DNA of 64,000 nucleotides from Nitrosovibrio sp. Nv4 (GTDB taxonomy: Bacteria; Pseudomonadota; Gammaproteobacteria; Burkholderiales; SG8-39), in the NCBI GenBank assembly GCA_945906765.1, contig CAMDRF010000001.1, positions 12,958 to 76,957 on the forward strand, in the 5' to 3' direction. This document shows positions 1 through 10,866 of the stretch, in pieces; position 1 is the first letter of the stretch; each line of letters opens with the position of its first letter. A program made the translations under genes and the position numbers. The notes beneath the pieces were generated by a model, which had not been told where the DNA came from, made no database searches, and saw only the letters and a list, made by a program, of their open reading frames with translations.

Positions 1-604
1 TGGCGCCCGGGTCGGCCGCGACGGCGCGGAATTTGAGGCCCAGGCGCGTGAAGATGCGCGTGTAGGTGTCGTACATGTTGCGGTACTCGCGCTCGAGGTC
101 CGCGTAATCGGCGTGGAAGGAATAGCCGTCCTTCATGATGAACTCGCGCCCGCGCATGACGCCGAAGCGCGGCCGGCGTTCATCCCGGAACTTGGTCTGG
201 ATCTGGTAGAAATGCACCGGCAGCTTGCGGTAGCTGCGCAGCTCGGCGCGCGCAATTTCGGTGATCACCTCTTCCGAGGTCGGCTGGATGACGAAATCGC
301 GCTCGTGCCGGTCCTTGAAGCGCAGCAGCTCCGGCCCGTAGGCGCCCCAGCGGCCTGACTCCTGCCACAGCTCGGCGGGCTGGACCACCGGCATCGACAG
401 CTCCACGGCGCCAGCGCGGTCCATTTCCTCGCGCACGATGGCCTCGATCTTGCGGACCACGCGCAACCCGACCGGCATCCAGGTGTAGATGCCCGCCGCC
501 AGGCGCCGGATCATGCCGGCGCGGACCATCAGCTTGTGGCTGAGGAGTTCGGCGTCGGCCGGCACCTCCTTGATGGTCGAAATGAAGTGTCGCGAAGTAC
601 GCAT
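1..604 (-). CDS. proS: prolyl-tRNA synthetase, N-terminal part (gene continues beyond the window edge)
   Basis: Reverse-strand translation from the ATG at 604-602 reads [49 protein letters not shown]..., a typical ProRS N-terminus. The frame is open to position 1. It is absent from the ORF track because it is incomplete. Confidence 0.9.
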   Translation of the reverse strand, partial: MRTSRHFISTIKEVPADAELLSHKLMVRAGMIRRLAAGIYTWMPVGLRVVRKIEAIVREEMDRAGAVELSMPVVQPAELWQESGRWGAYGPELLRFKDRHERDFVIQPTSEEVITEIARAELRSYRKLPVHFYQIQTKFRDERRPRFGVMRGREFIMKDGYSFHADYADLEREYRNMYDTYTRIFTRLGLKFRAVAADPGA

Positions 605-686
605 TCGTAGAGGTAAACTGCGCGTTGAATTTACGCTGAGGCTGTGGAAAAATGAGGTCGGGAATTCTAGCTTAGGTGGTGTTGCC

Positions 687-1208
687 ATGCTCGACCGAGA
701 CGGCTACCGACCGAATGTGGGCATCCTTCTGCTGAACGCGCATAACGACGTGTTCTGGGGCAAGAGGATCAACCAGCACGCGTGGCAATTTCCGCAGGGC
801 GGCATCAAGTCCGGCGAATCCCCCGAGCAGGCCATGTTCCGCGAGCTCGAGGAGGAGGTTGGCCTGAAGCCCGAGCATGTGCGCATCCTCGGCCGCACGC
901 GCCAATGGCTGCGCTACGAGGTGCCGGAGAAATGGATCCGGCGCGCCTGGCGCGGCACCTACCGGGGCCAGAAGCAGATCTGGTACTTGCTGCGCATGCT
1001 GGGGCGCGACTGCGACGTCAAGCTGCGCGGCAACGGCAAGCCCGAGTTCGACGCCTGGCGCTGGCACGATTACTGGGTGCCGGTGGAGGCCGTGATAGAG
1101 TTCAAGCGCGAGGTCTACCGTCAGGCGCTGACCGAGCTGCACCGGTTCCAGAACGCCGACCGGCGCCACCGGCCCAGTACCGACCAGGCCACCACGTCCG
1201 CGGGCTAG
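687..1208 (+). CDS. rppH: RNA pyrophosphohydrolase (Nudix)
   Basis: [17 protein letters not shown]... with Nudix box [26 protein letters not shown] 687 is preferred over the ORF-track start at 489 because homology begins there. Confidence 0.9.
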   Translation: MLDRDGYRPNVGILLLNAHNDVFWGKRINQHAWQFPQGGIKSGESPEQAMFRELEEEVGLKPEHVRILGRTRQWLRYEVPEKWIRRAWRGTYRGQKQIWYLLRMLGRDCDVKLRGNGKPEFDAWRWHDYWVPVEAVIEFKREVYRQALTELHRFQNADRRHRPSTDQATTSAG

Positions 1209-1238
1209 CGCCGCCCCGTCCAGAGTCAGGCCGCGCGC

Positions 1239-1778
1239 GTGACCCTTGAATCACCGGCGCTGGATGTGATGACCGATCTATGCCGCACCAGCCCGGCGAC
1301 CATCCGGGCGCAAGCGCCGATCGAGGGAGCAAGGCAGTTCATGATTTCGCGCGGCGTGCGCCTGCTGCTGGTGGCCGATGATCGCGAGTCGGTGCTCGGC
1401 GTGCTAACCGCCACGGACGTGCTCGGGGAGAAGGCGATGCGCGTCGCCGCCGAGCGCGGCATGAAGCACGGCGAGCTCGTTGCGGGCGATATCATGACGC
1501 CGGCGTCGCAGGTCGAGGTCATTTCGCTCGACGACGTCAGCGGCGCGCGGGTTGGCCACGTGCTCGAAACGCTGCGCCGCGCCGGGCGCCAGCACGCGTT
1601 GGTGGTGGATTTCGACGTAATCCCGCCAAAGAGCCTGATCGATGCGCCCGTCCGGCGCAGCATGGTTCGGGGTATCCTGTCCCTCTCGCAGCTGGGGCGC
1701 CAGCTCGGCATCGTGCTGCAGACCTCCGGCGAAGTGGCGCGCACCTTCTCGGAAATCGAAGCCGCCCTGGGCCGATAG
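1239..1778 (+). CDS. CBS domain-containing protein
   Basis: 179-aa ORF with two CBS-like repeats (VLGVLTATDVL..., MVRGILSLSQL). The start is uncertain (GTG 1239 or ATG 1269). Confidence 0.7.
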   Translation: MTLESPALDVMTDLCRTSPATIRAQAPIEGARQFMISRGVRLLLVADDRESVLGVLTATDVLGEKAMRVAAERGMKHGELVAGDIMTPASQVEVISLDDVSGARVGHVLETLRRAGRQHALVVDFDVIPPKSLIDAPVRRSMVRGILSLSQLGRQLGIVLQTSGEVARTFSEIEAALGR

Positions 1779-1788
1779 CGCGGCTCTA

Positions 1789-1818
1789 TTGCGATCATTG
1801 CAAGAAACAATTTGTTTC
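1789..1818. promoter_or_regulatory. two adjacent palindromes (candidate operator) upstream of the rubrerythrin remnant
   Basis: TTGCGATCATTGCAA (1789-1803; arms TTGC/GCAA) is directly followed by the perfect 7-1-7 palindrome GAAACAATTTGTTTC (1804-1818). AGGAGG and ATG 1868 lie downstream. Confidence 0.35.
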
Positions 1819-1867
1819 GGTAAGGCGTCAGTCGTAGCTTGCCCGTTCCCTTTACACAGGAGGCTGT

Positions 1868-2068
1868 ATGCAACTCAAAGGTTCCAAGACCCACGACAAC
1901 CTGAAAGCGGCGTTTGCCGGCGAATCGCAGGCCAACCGCAGGTATCTCTACTTCGCGGCGAAGGCCGATGTCGAAGGCCAGAACGATGTCGCGGCGCTGT
2001 TCCGCTCGACCGCCGAAGGCGAAACCGGGCACGCGCACGGCCATCTGGAATACATCGTACCTGGGTGA
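1868..2068 (+). pseudogene. rubrerythrin, 5' fragment only (about 62 homologous codons, then IVPG-stop)
   Basis: MQLKGSKTHDNLKAAFAGESQANRRYLYFAAKADVEGQNDVAALFRSTAEGETGHAHGHLEY matches the rubrerythrin N-terminal helix pair. Full-length proteins are about 140 aa, and the second half is missing. Confidence 0.7.
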
Positions 2069-2298
2069 TGGTCGAAGGTCTTGCCCCTGTGTATGCGATC
2101 GCGGACGAGGACATGGAACGCGAGAACGAAGAGAAGACCTCGGCGGTGCATTTCGTGCGCTTCGAACTCGACGCCGGGATGCGCCAGGCGCTGAAGGCCG
2201 GCGCGGGACTCTCGGTCGGAGTCGACCATTCGAACTACCGCGCCAGCGTTGAGGTCGCGCCCGAGGTGCGGCGCTCGCTCGCCGGCGACCTCGCGTGA
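2068..2298 (+). pseudogene. DUF3501 family protein, C-terminal fragment (about 76 codons)
   Basis: [76 protein letters not shown] resembles the C-terminal third of the roughly 190-aa DUF3501 proteins (recollection). ATG 2068 overlaps the TGA of the rubrerythrin stub. Confidence 0.55.
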
Positions 2299-2857
2299 GG
2301 CGCGCGCTCGCATTGATCGTGGTCGCGGCAGTCGCCGCTGGCGCGGCGCAGGCCCAGCCGGTGCCGGAGGACAGGTATCGCAAGCAGAACCAGAAAAGCG
2401 ACTGGGAGCTGGAGCAGGAAAAGCGCGACTGGACGGAGGGCGAGAGCAAGCTGCCCGCCTATCCCAAGGCCGAGGACCTGATCGAGTTCTTCGTCAGCGG
2501 CGCCACCAGCTTCCGGTTTTTCATCGACCCCGCGTCGGTCTTGCCGGGGCGCGACGGCGTGGTGCGCTATGCGCTGATCGCGCGCAGTCCTTCGGGATTC
2601 GCCAACACCAGCTACGAAGGCATCCGCTGCGCCACCAATGCCTACAAGGTGTACGCGCTTGGCAACGACGGCCGCTGGACGCCGAAGGATTCCGAGTGGC
2701 GCGAGATCGAGCCCAGGTCCGTGCAGCGCTGGCACCTTGAGTTGCGCAGCCGCTATTTCTGCCCCGGCCGCACGCCGATCTACACGGCGGCGGAAGGTGT
2801 GGACGCTCTGCGCCGCGGCGGGCATCCGGCGGTATCCATAAGAACCGGTTCGGAGCG

Positions 2858-2861
<4 letters not shown>
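2295..2861 (+). CDS. CNP1-like family secreted protein
   Basis: 188 aa with signal peptide [20 protein letters not shown]. The overall pattern is recalled from CNP1-like proteins of betaproteobacteria. The GTG start overlaps the upstream stop (GTGA). Confidence 0.55.
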
Positions 2862-5066
<2,205 letters not shown>

Positions 5067-5087
5067 TACGCGGAGTCGGTAAAATAG

Positions 5088-5345
5088 CTAGGCCGGGAGA
5101 ATGCTCACGGTTTTCTTGTTGCCCGCGCCTTTGACCGAGTATTGGACTTTGCCAGCGATGCGCGCGTACAGCGTGTGATCGCGGCCGATGCCGACGTTGA
5201 CGCCCGGGTGCACCACGGTGCCGCGCTGCCGGATCAGGATCTGGCCGGCGCTCGCGCTCTGGCCGCCGTAGGTCTTGACGCCCAGGCGTTTCGCGTTTGA
5301 GTCGCGCCCGTTGCGTGAACTTCCGCCTGCTTTTTTATGTGCCAT
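5088..5345 (-). CDS. rpmA: 50S ribosomal protein L27
   Basis: [24 protein letters not shown]... is the canonical L27 sequence. Confidence 0.97.
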   Translation of the reverse strand: MAHKKAGGSSRNGRDSNAKRLGVKTYGGQSASAGQILIRQRGTVVHPGVNVGIGRDHTLYARIAGKVQYSVKGAGNKKTVSILPA

Positions 5346-5366
5346 GGTGACTTTTCTGTTGAGCTC

Positions 5367-5681
5367 TTATGCGCCGACGATTTCGTCGATGCGCACTTCG
5401 GTGAAACCCTGCCGGTGGCCCTGGGTCTTGGCGAAATGCTTGCGGCGGCGCAGTTTGAAAATGCGGATTTTCTCGCCGCGGCCCTGCGCCACGACCGTCG
5501 CCTTTACGGTGGCGCCGCTCACGAACGGCGCGCCGACCTTGACGCCGTCGCCTTCGCCGAGCATGAGGACGCGGTCAAAGGACACCGTCGCGCCGATCTC
5601 GGCCGCGAGCAACTCGACCTTGACCTGCTCGCCGGATTTGACCCGGTACTGCTTGCCGCCCGTCTGGATTACTGCGTACAT
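5367..5681 (-). CDS. rplU: 50S ribosomal protein L21
   Basis: [23 protein letters not shown]... is the canonical L21 sequence. Confidence 0.97.
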   Translation of the reverse strand: MYAVIQTGGKQYRVKSGEQVKVELLAAEIGATVSFDRVLMLGEGDGVKVGAPFVSGATVKATVVAQGRGEKIRIFKLRRRKHFAKTQGHRQGFTEVRIDEIVGA

Positions 5682-5719
5682 GGCTGGACCTGTGCTGAAA
5701 TAGCGTGCAAAGACTTGGA

Positions 5720-5749
5720 ATTATAAGGGATTTCATGCGGTCAGGTCAA
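5720..5749 (-). promoter_or_regulatory. sigma-70-type promoter for rplU-rpmA
   Basis: The minus strand reads TTGACC-18 nt-TATAAT (-35 at 5749-5744, -10 at 5725-5720), about 40 nt upstream of the rplU ATG. Confidence 0.5.
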
Positions 5750-5776
5750 AGGCTGCTGTGATATTTTGCCTCCCCT

Positions 5777-6757
5777 ATGGAGAATCTTCCCTTTCTGGCG
5801 CCGGTCGTGGCGGGCATGCAAAGCGTCGACCGGGTGATCCGCGAGCGGCTCGGCTCGGACGTGGCGCTGGTGCGCCAGGTTGCCGAATACATTGTCGCGG
5901 GCGGCGGCAAGCGCCTGCGTCCTTCGCTGGTCCTGCTTTCCGCCGGCGCCGCCGGTTATCCAGGCGATAGCGGCGGCGAGCGGCACTTCGAGATGGCCGC
6001 GGTGGTCGAATTCATCCATACCGCCACGCTGCTGCACGACGACGTGGTGGACGCCTCCGAAATGCGGCGCGGCCGGAGGACCGCGAACGCCGAGTTCGGC
6101 AATGCCGCCTCGGTGCTGGTGGGCGACTTTCTCTACTCGCGCGCGTTCCAGATGATGCTCGGCGCCGAAAGCATGCGCGTAATGCAGGTGCTCGCCGACG
6201 CGACCAACACGATCGCCGAGGGCGAAGTGCTGCAGTTGATGAACTGCCAAGACCCGGATGTCGACGAGGGCGGTTACCTCGAGGTGATCCGGCGCAAGAC
6301 CGCGAAGCTGTTTGAGGCGGCGGCACGTCTGGGCGCGGTGCTGGCCGGGGCGAGCGCCGCTGTCGAGACGGGCCTGGCCGAGTACGGCATGCACCTGGGC
6401 ACGGCTTTTCAGCTGATCGACGATGTGCTCGACTATTCGGGCGACGCGGCGACCATCGGCAAGAGCCTCGGCGACGACCTGGCCGAGGGCAAGCCGACGT
6501 TGCCGCTGATCCGCGCCATGGCCTGCGGCTCGGCCGCGCAGGCGGCCACCGTGCGCCGCGCGATCGTCGAGGGCGGGCGCGACGATTTCGCGCAGGTACT
6601 CGAGGCGCTCAGGGCCACGGGCGCCCTTGAGTACGCGCGCGAGGTCGCGGTGCGCGAAGCCGAGGCCGCGCGCACCGCGCTGCTGGCAGTTCCCGCCTCG
6701 AACTTCAAGGATTCTTTGCTAGAATTGGCGTCCTTCTCGGTCGTTCGTCGGTCGTAA
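5777..6757 (+). CDS. ispB: octaprenyl (polyprenyl) diphosphate synthase
   Basis: Two aspartate-rich motifs (LLHDDVVD and FQLIDDVLD). Divergent from rplU, as in many proteobacteria. Confidence 0.9.
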   Translation: MENLPFLAPVVAGMQSVDRVIRERLGSDVALVRQVAEYIVAGGGKRLRPSLVLLSAGAAGYPGDSGGERHFEMAAVVEFIHTATLLHDDVVDASEMRRGRRTANAEFGNAASVLVGDFLYSRAFQMMLGAESMRVMQVLADATNTIAEGEVLQLMNCQDPDVDEGGYLEVIRRKTAKLFEAAARLGAVLAGASAAVETGLAEYGMHLGTAFQLIDDVLDYSGDAATIGKSLGDDLAEGKPTLPLIRAMACGSAAQAATVRRAIVEGGRDDFAQVLEALRATGALEYAREVAVREAEAARTALLAVPASNFKDSLLELASFSVVRRS

Positions 6758-6759
6758 TT

Positions 6760-6836
6760 CGGGGTGTAGCTCAGCCTGGTAGAGTACTGCGTTCGGGACG
6801 CAGGTGTCGCAGGTTCGAATCCTGTCACCCCGACCA
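6760..6836 (+). tRNA. tRNA-Pro (anticodon CGG)
   Basis: CGGGGTGTAGCTCAGCCTGGTAGAGTACTGCGTTCGGGACGCAGGTGTCGCAGGTTCGAATCCTGTCACCCCGACCA folds as a cloverleaf: 7-bp acceptor stem, anticodon loop TTCGGGA, T-loop GGTTCGAATCC, encoded CCA. Confidence 0.93.
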
Positions 6837-6895
6837 AGCTTTTTGTTCTTGCCGCGCATACGGCGCGATGCCGTCGGACGCTTCATAATCCGTCC

Positions 6896-7129
6896 ATGAC
6901 ACGCCTGATCCTCATCGTCGTTGCCGTCGTCGCCGTCATCTGGCTGCTGCGCCGCGCGCTGGCGGGGCCGCGCGCCGGCAAGCCGCCGGGTGAGGCAGGC
7001 GAGCAAAAAGGCGAGCTCGTCGCCTGCGCCCAATGCGGCGTGAACCTGCCGAAAGGCGAGGCGCGCGGCGCTGGCGGGCGCTTCTACTGCAGCGAGGAGC
7101 ATTGGCGGCTCGGGCCGCGGGACGGCTGA
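6896..7129 (+). CDS. PP0621 family small membrane protein with a C-terminal Cys/His motif
   Basis: 77 aa: one TM helix, then CAQCGVNLP...YCSEEH. It sits directly upstream of a kinase/sigma-54 regulator pair, as this family does (recollection). Confidence 0.55.
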   Translation: MTRLILIVVAVVAVIWLLRRALAGPRAGKPPGEAGEQKGELVACAQCGVNLPKGEARGAGGRFYCSEEHWRLGPRDG

Positions 7130-8718
7130 TGCAGCAAGCGCCGCGCTATGCTGGGCTCTTCGGGCGCGACGACCGCACACCCGACTCGTTCTGGACTTCG
7201 CTGCGCTATTTCAATATCTACCGCATGGCGGTGGCCGCGTTGTTCCTGGGCATCACGCTGTTCTTCGATGATTCGCTCAATCTCGGTTCGCATCGCTTGA
7301 ACGCGTTCCGGCTGGTCTGCGTGATGTACCTGACGGTGGGTGTGGTGTTCCACAGCCTGCTGCGCAATTTGCGCGACCTGTTCAACCTGCAGCTCTCATT
7401 GCACCTGGGCCTGGACATCCTCGCCATCACGCTGCTCATGTATGCGAGCGGGGGAATACACAGCGGCCTGGGGGTGATGCTGCTCATCGCGCTCACCGGG
7501 GCGGCGCTGGTCGCGCCGCGCACCCTGGCGCTGCTCTACGCGGCGTTCGCCGCGATCGCATTGCTGCTGGAACAGGGCTACTGGGTGCTCCGGTTCGACG
7601 CGCCGACGCAGAATTTCCTGCAGCCGGCGCTGCTTGCGATCGGCTGTTTTGCCAGCGCCGGCGTCACCGGCTGGCTGGCGCAGCGCGTCGCCGCCAACGA
7701 GAGCCTGGCGCGGCGGCGCGGCGGCGCGCTGGAGACCCAGCTGCGCATCAATCAGCTGGTGATCGCCGATATGCAGGACGGCGTGCTGGTGCTTGACCGC
7801 GAGGGCCGCGTGGCGCAACACAACCCGCAGGCGCAGCGCTTGCTCGGGGCCGGGTCGCTGCTGGGCATCGAACTCGCGCGCCTGCTGCCCGGTTTCGGCG
7901 AACGCTGGCTGGCCTGGCGCGCCGGCGACAGCGCCGCGGCGCGCGCCGAACTTGACCTGCGCGGGCGCGGCCTGCGCTTGCGCCTGATGGAGACTGGCGA
8001 GGAGCTCGCCGTGCTGTTCGTCGAGGACACGACGCGCGCGCGCGAGGAGGCGCAGCGCCTCAAGCTCGCCGCGCTTGGCCGGCTGACCGCGAACATCGCG
8101 CACGAGATCCGCAATCCGCTCTCCGCGATCAGCCATGCCGCCGAGTTGCTGAACGAGGAAAAGAGCGGCCGCGACCGCGGCCGGTTGACGCGCATCATCC
8201 ACGACAACACGCTGCGCCTGGAGCGCCTGGTGTCGGACGTGCTGCAGCTCAACCGGCGCGACCGCGCCGCCGCCGACCGTGTCGCCCTGAATCCCTGGCT
8301 GGCGTCGTTCATCGAGGACTTCGCGGCCAATGAGGCGGTTCTGGTATCGCGCTTCCATGTCGAGACGATGCGCGAGGTGACGATCGAATTTGACCGCGAG
8401 CACCTGCGCCAGGTGCTGTGGAATCTGCTGCGCAATGCCGTGCGCCACGCGCCGCCGCGGGATGGCGGCGTGCGCGTCGTGCTGAACGCCTATGGCGACC
8501 AAGTAGAATTGAACGTGATCGACGACGGTCCCGGCGTCACGCGTGAGATCCAGGGACAGTTGTTCGAGCCGTTCTTCACCACCGAGAGCAAGGGAACCGG
8601 CCTGGGCCTTTATCTCGCCCGCGAGTTGTGCGCCGCGAATCGCGCGGTGCTGGAGTACGTCGACGACATGCAGGGCGCGCATTTCCGGGTCCTGTGCCGC
8701 GAGGCGCCGGCCGCATGA
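7129..8718 (+). CDS. two-component sensor histidine kinase (PilS-like, multi-TM N-terminus)
   Basis: H-box AHEIRNPLSAI, with DDGPGV and GTGLGL ATP-lid motifs and hydrophobic N-terminal helices. ATG 7129 overlaps the upstream TGA. The ORF-track start at 7033 lies inside the previous gene. Confidence 0.85.
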   Translation: MQQAPRYAGLFGRDDRTPDSFWTSLRYFNIYRMAVAALFLGITLFFDDSLNLGSHRLNAFRLVCVMYLTVGVVFHSLLRNLRDLFNLQLSLHLGLDILAITLLMYASGGIHSGLGVMLLIALTGAALVAPRTLALLYAAFAAIALLLEQGYWVLRFDAPTQNFLQPALLAIGCFASAGVTGWLAQRVAANESLARRRGGALETQLRINQLVIADMQDGVLVLDREGRVAQHNPQAQRLLGAGSLLGIELARLLPGFGERWLAWRAGDSAAARAELDLRGRGLRLRLMETGEELAVLFVEDTTRAREEAQRLKLAALGRLTANIAHEIRNPLSAISHAAELLNEEKSGRDRGRLTRIIHDNTLRLERLVSDVLQLNRRDRAAADRVALNPWLASFIEDFAANEAVLVSRFHVETMREVTIEFDREHLRQVLWNLLRNAVRHAPPRDGGVRVVLNAYGDQVELNVIDDGPGVTREIQGQLFEPFFTTESKGTGLGLYLARELCAANRAVLEYVDDMQGAHFRVLCREAPAA

Positions 8719-10112
8719 AGCGCGCCGAACGGCGCGTGCTGGTGGTCGACGACGAGCCGGACATCCGGGAACTCCTTGAGCTGACGCTCGTGAAGATGGG
8801 GCTGGGCGTGGATTCGGCGGGTTCGATCGCCGAGGCGAAGGAGCGCTTGCGCGCGACCAAGTATCAACTGTGCCTGACCGACATGCGGCTGTCGGACGGC
8901 GAGGGCCTCGAACTGGTGCGGCACATCGCCGGGATGGCGGGCGACCTGCCGGTGGCGGTGATCACCGCGTACGGCAGCGCCGAGAACGCGGTGGCCGCGC
9001 TCAAAGCGGGCGCTTTCGACTACGTCTCCAAGCCGGTCGGCCTCGAACAGCTGCGTACGCTTGTGAGGTCGGCGCTATCGCTGCCAGAGCGCAACGCTAC
9101 AACGCCATCGGGTCAGCGGCTTTTGGGAGAAAGTGCGCCGATCCGGGAGGTTCGCGAAATGATCGCGAAGCTCGCTCGCACGCAAGCGCCTGTCTATGTC
9201 ACGGGTGAATCGGGAAGTGGCAAGGAACTCGCCGCGAGACTGATCCACCTTGGCGGCGCTCGTCGCGATCATCAGTTTGTCCCGGTGAATTGCGGTGCGA
9301 TCCCGGAATCGCTCATGGAAAGCGAACTGTTTGGCTATCGAAAGGGCGCGTTCACCGGCGCCAACCAGGATCGAGACGGTTTCTTTCAGGCTGCTCACGG
9401 AGGGACGCTTTTCCTCGATGAGATCGCGGAACTCCCGCTCTATATGCAGGTCCTGTTGCTTAGAGCTATTCAGGAAAAGCGTGTGCGCAAGGTAGGCGCA
9501 ACACAGGAAGATCCCGTCGACGTGAGGGTAATCAGTGCGACTCATCAAAACCTTGCGGCACTTGTCGAAACCGGACGGTTTCGGCGGGACCTTTATTACA
9601 GACTGAACGTTATCGAACTCAAGATGCCATCGCTCCGCGAGTGCCGTGAGGATGTAAAGATAATCGCGGAGACGATGCTGGAGCGCCTGGCGCGCCAGAG
9701 CGGGGTCAATCCGTCTCGTCTTTCCGAGCAAGCGCTTCATGATCTCGAGGGCTACGATTTCCCTGGCAATGTTCGCGAATTGGAGAACATCCTGGAGCGT
9801 GCGGTCGCGCTATCCAGTGACGAGCAAATCAATCCCGATGACTTGCGGCTGCATCCTCTGATAGAGAAGGACGAGGCGGGAGAGGGCGAACACATGCAGC
9901 CCCACCCCGTCGGCAAAGCACTTGAAGGTCCAATTGACAGCCCGTTACCCGCATACCTTGATCGCGTGGAGCGGGAAGCAATCTTGGTCGCGCTGGCGAA
10001 GACGCGATTCAACCGTACCGCGGCGGCGAAGCTGCTCGGTGTCACCTTCCGCACGCTGCGCTACCGCATGCAGCGGCTCGGCATAAACGAGCCGGAGCAG
10101 GATGGCCACTGA
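8715..10112 (+). CDS. sigma-54-dependent response regulator (NtrC/PilR family)
   Basis: Receiver domain (VLVVDDEPDIRE...LTDMRLSDG), AAA+ Walker A GESGSGKE, GAFTGA loop and a C-terminal Fis-type HTH. The start ATGA overlaps the kinase stop. Confidence 0.9.
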   Translation: MKRAERRVLVVDDEPDIRELLELTLVKMGLGVDSAGSIAEAKERLRATKYQLCLTDMRLSDGEGLELVRHIAGMAGDLPVAVITAYGSAENAVAALKAGAFDYVSKPVGLEQLRTLVRSALSLPERNATTPSGQRLLGESAPIREVREMIAKLARTQAPVYVTGESGSGKELAARLIHLGGARRDHQFVPVNCGAIPESLMESELFGYRKGAFTGANQDRDGFFQAAHGGTLFLDEIAELPLYMQVLLLRAIQEKRVRKVGATQEDPVDVRVISATHQNLAALVETGRFRRDLYYRLNVIELKMPSLRECREDVKIIAETMLERLARQSGVNPSRLSEQALHDLEGYDFPGNVRELENILERAVALSSDEQINPDDLRLHPLIEKDEAGEGEHMQPHPVGKALEGPIDSPLPAYLDRVEREAILVALAKTRFNRTAAAKLLGVTFRTLRYRMQRLGINEPEQDGH

Positions 10113-10641
10113 AGGCTGGGTGGCGGGAGCGCGGCGGGTAGTGTCGCCGAACTGCGACAACCGGCCGCCGGGCAGCGACGTCACGCTGCTGGTGCTGCAT
10201 TCCATCAGCCTGCCGCGCGGCGAGTACGGTGGCGACGCCATCGAGCGGCTGTTCACCAACCGGCTGGAACCGGCGGCGCACGCCTCGTTCGCGGAGCTCA
10301 CAGGACTGCGCGTGTCTGCTCACTTCCTCGTGCGGCGCGATGCTGCGCTGATCCAGTTCGTGCCGCTGCGAAGCCGCGCCTGGCACGCCGGCGTATCGAG
10401 TTGGCGCGGGCGCAAGCGCTGCAACGACTACTCGGTCGGCATCGAACTAGAAGGTACCGACCACAGCCCGTTCGCCGACGCGCAATACGACCGCCTCGCA
10501 AAGCTGGGCCGGACCCTGTGCGCGGTGCTGCCGATCCGGGATCTGGCGGCGCACAGCGATGTTGCGCCCGGCCGCAAGACCGATCCCGGCACGCGCTTCG
10601 ACTGGCCGCGGTTCCTGTCCGACCTGGCGCGCGCGACGTAA
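10102..10641 (+). CDS. ampD: 1,6-anhydro-N-acetylmuramyl-L-alanine amidase
   Basis: Amidase_2 pattern (LLVLHSISLP..., RAWHAGVSSW, YSVGIELEG, HSDVAPGRKTDPG). Confidence 0.85.
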   Translation: MATEGWVAGARRVVSPNCDNRPPGSDVTLLVLHSISLPRGEYGGDAIERLFTNRLEPAAHASFAELTGLRVSAHFLVRRDAALIQFVPLRSRAWHAGVSSWRGRKRCNDYSVGIELEGTDHSPFADAQYDRLAKLGRTLCAVLPIRDLAAHSDVAPGRKTDPGTRFDWPRFLSDLARAT

Positions 10642-10683
10642 TTCCTGCCGTAGCCCTACCTGTAGGGGTTGCACCGCATCGGA

Positions 10684-10699
10684 GCACTACATGTTGCGG
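10684..10699. promoter_or_regulatory. NrdR box 1
   Basis: GCACTACATGTTGCGG fits the 16-bp NrdR palindrome consensus acaCwAtATaTwGtgt. It lies upstream of nrdA. Confidence 0.6.
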
Positions 10700-10718
10700 T
10701 GCGCAACGCCAATCCTGC

Positions 10719-10746
10719 TTGCAAATTATTCTCCGCATGGTAAAGT
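10719..10746 (+). promoter_or_regulatory. candidate nrdAB promoter
   Basis: TTGCAA-16 nt-TAAAGT, between the NrdR boxes and about 120 nt upstream of the nrdA ATG. Confidence 0.35.
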
Positions 10747-10780
10747 GCCTCACAACAAGTAGTTGCCAATCAATACTTCA

Positions 10781-10796
10781 CCACTACATATTGTGG
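10781..10796. promoter_or_regulatory. NrdR box 2 (best match), with a degenerate partner about 30 bp upstream
   Basis: CCACTACATATTGTGG matches about 12 of 16 consensus positions. A weak half-palindrome CACAACAAGTAGTTGC at 10751-10766 sits about 30 bp upstream, centre to centre. Confidence 0.65.
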
Positions 10797-10866
10797 TTCT
10801 GCGCTAGGTCGTAACCGGGCGGTCATTCCCGGGCGCGCGGGACTCAGGCACCAGGGAGACGGAAAG

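Noticed and set aside
1642-2067. Upstream part of the 218-aa ORF 1642-2298
   Set aside because: It overlaps the CBS gene and the rubrerythrin stub in other frames and has Arg/Pro-rich composition. Only the last ~76 codons (the DUF3501-like tail) look genuine.
7396-8682. 428-aa minus-strand ORF, plus similar long antisense ORFs at 11965-12903, 13605-14609, 16017-16754, 40633-41673, 46249-47208, 49018-50001, 55908-57299, 58112-59014 and 62492-63484
   Set aside because: All are R/A/G/P/H-rich and low-complexity, lack SD sequences, and lie opposite genes with clear family motifs. They are GC-driven artefacts.
10651-10670. CCCTAC-ct-GTAGGG inverted repeat after ampD as a terminator
   Set aside because: The 2-nt loop is sterically implausible and there is no U-tract.
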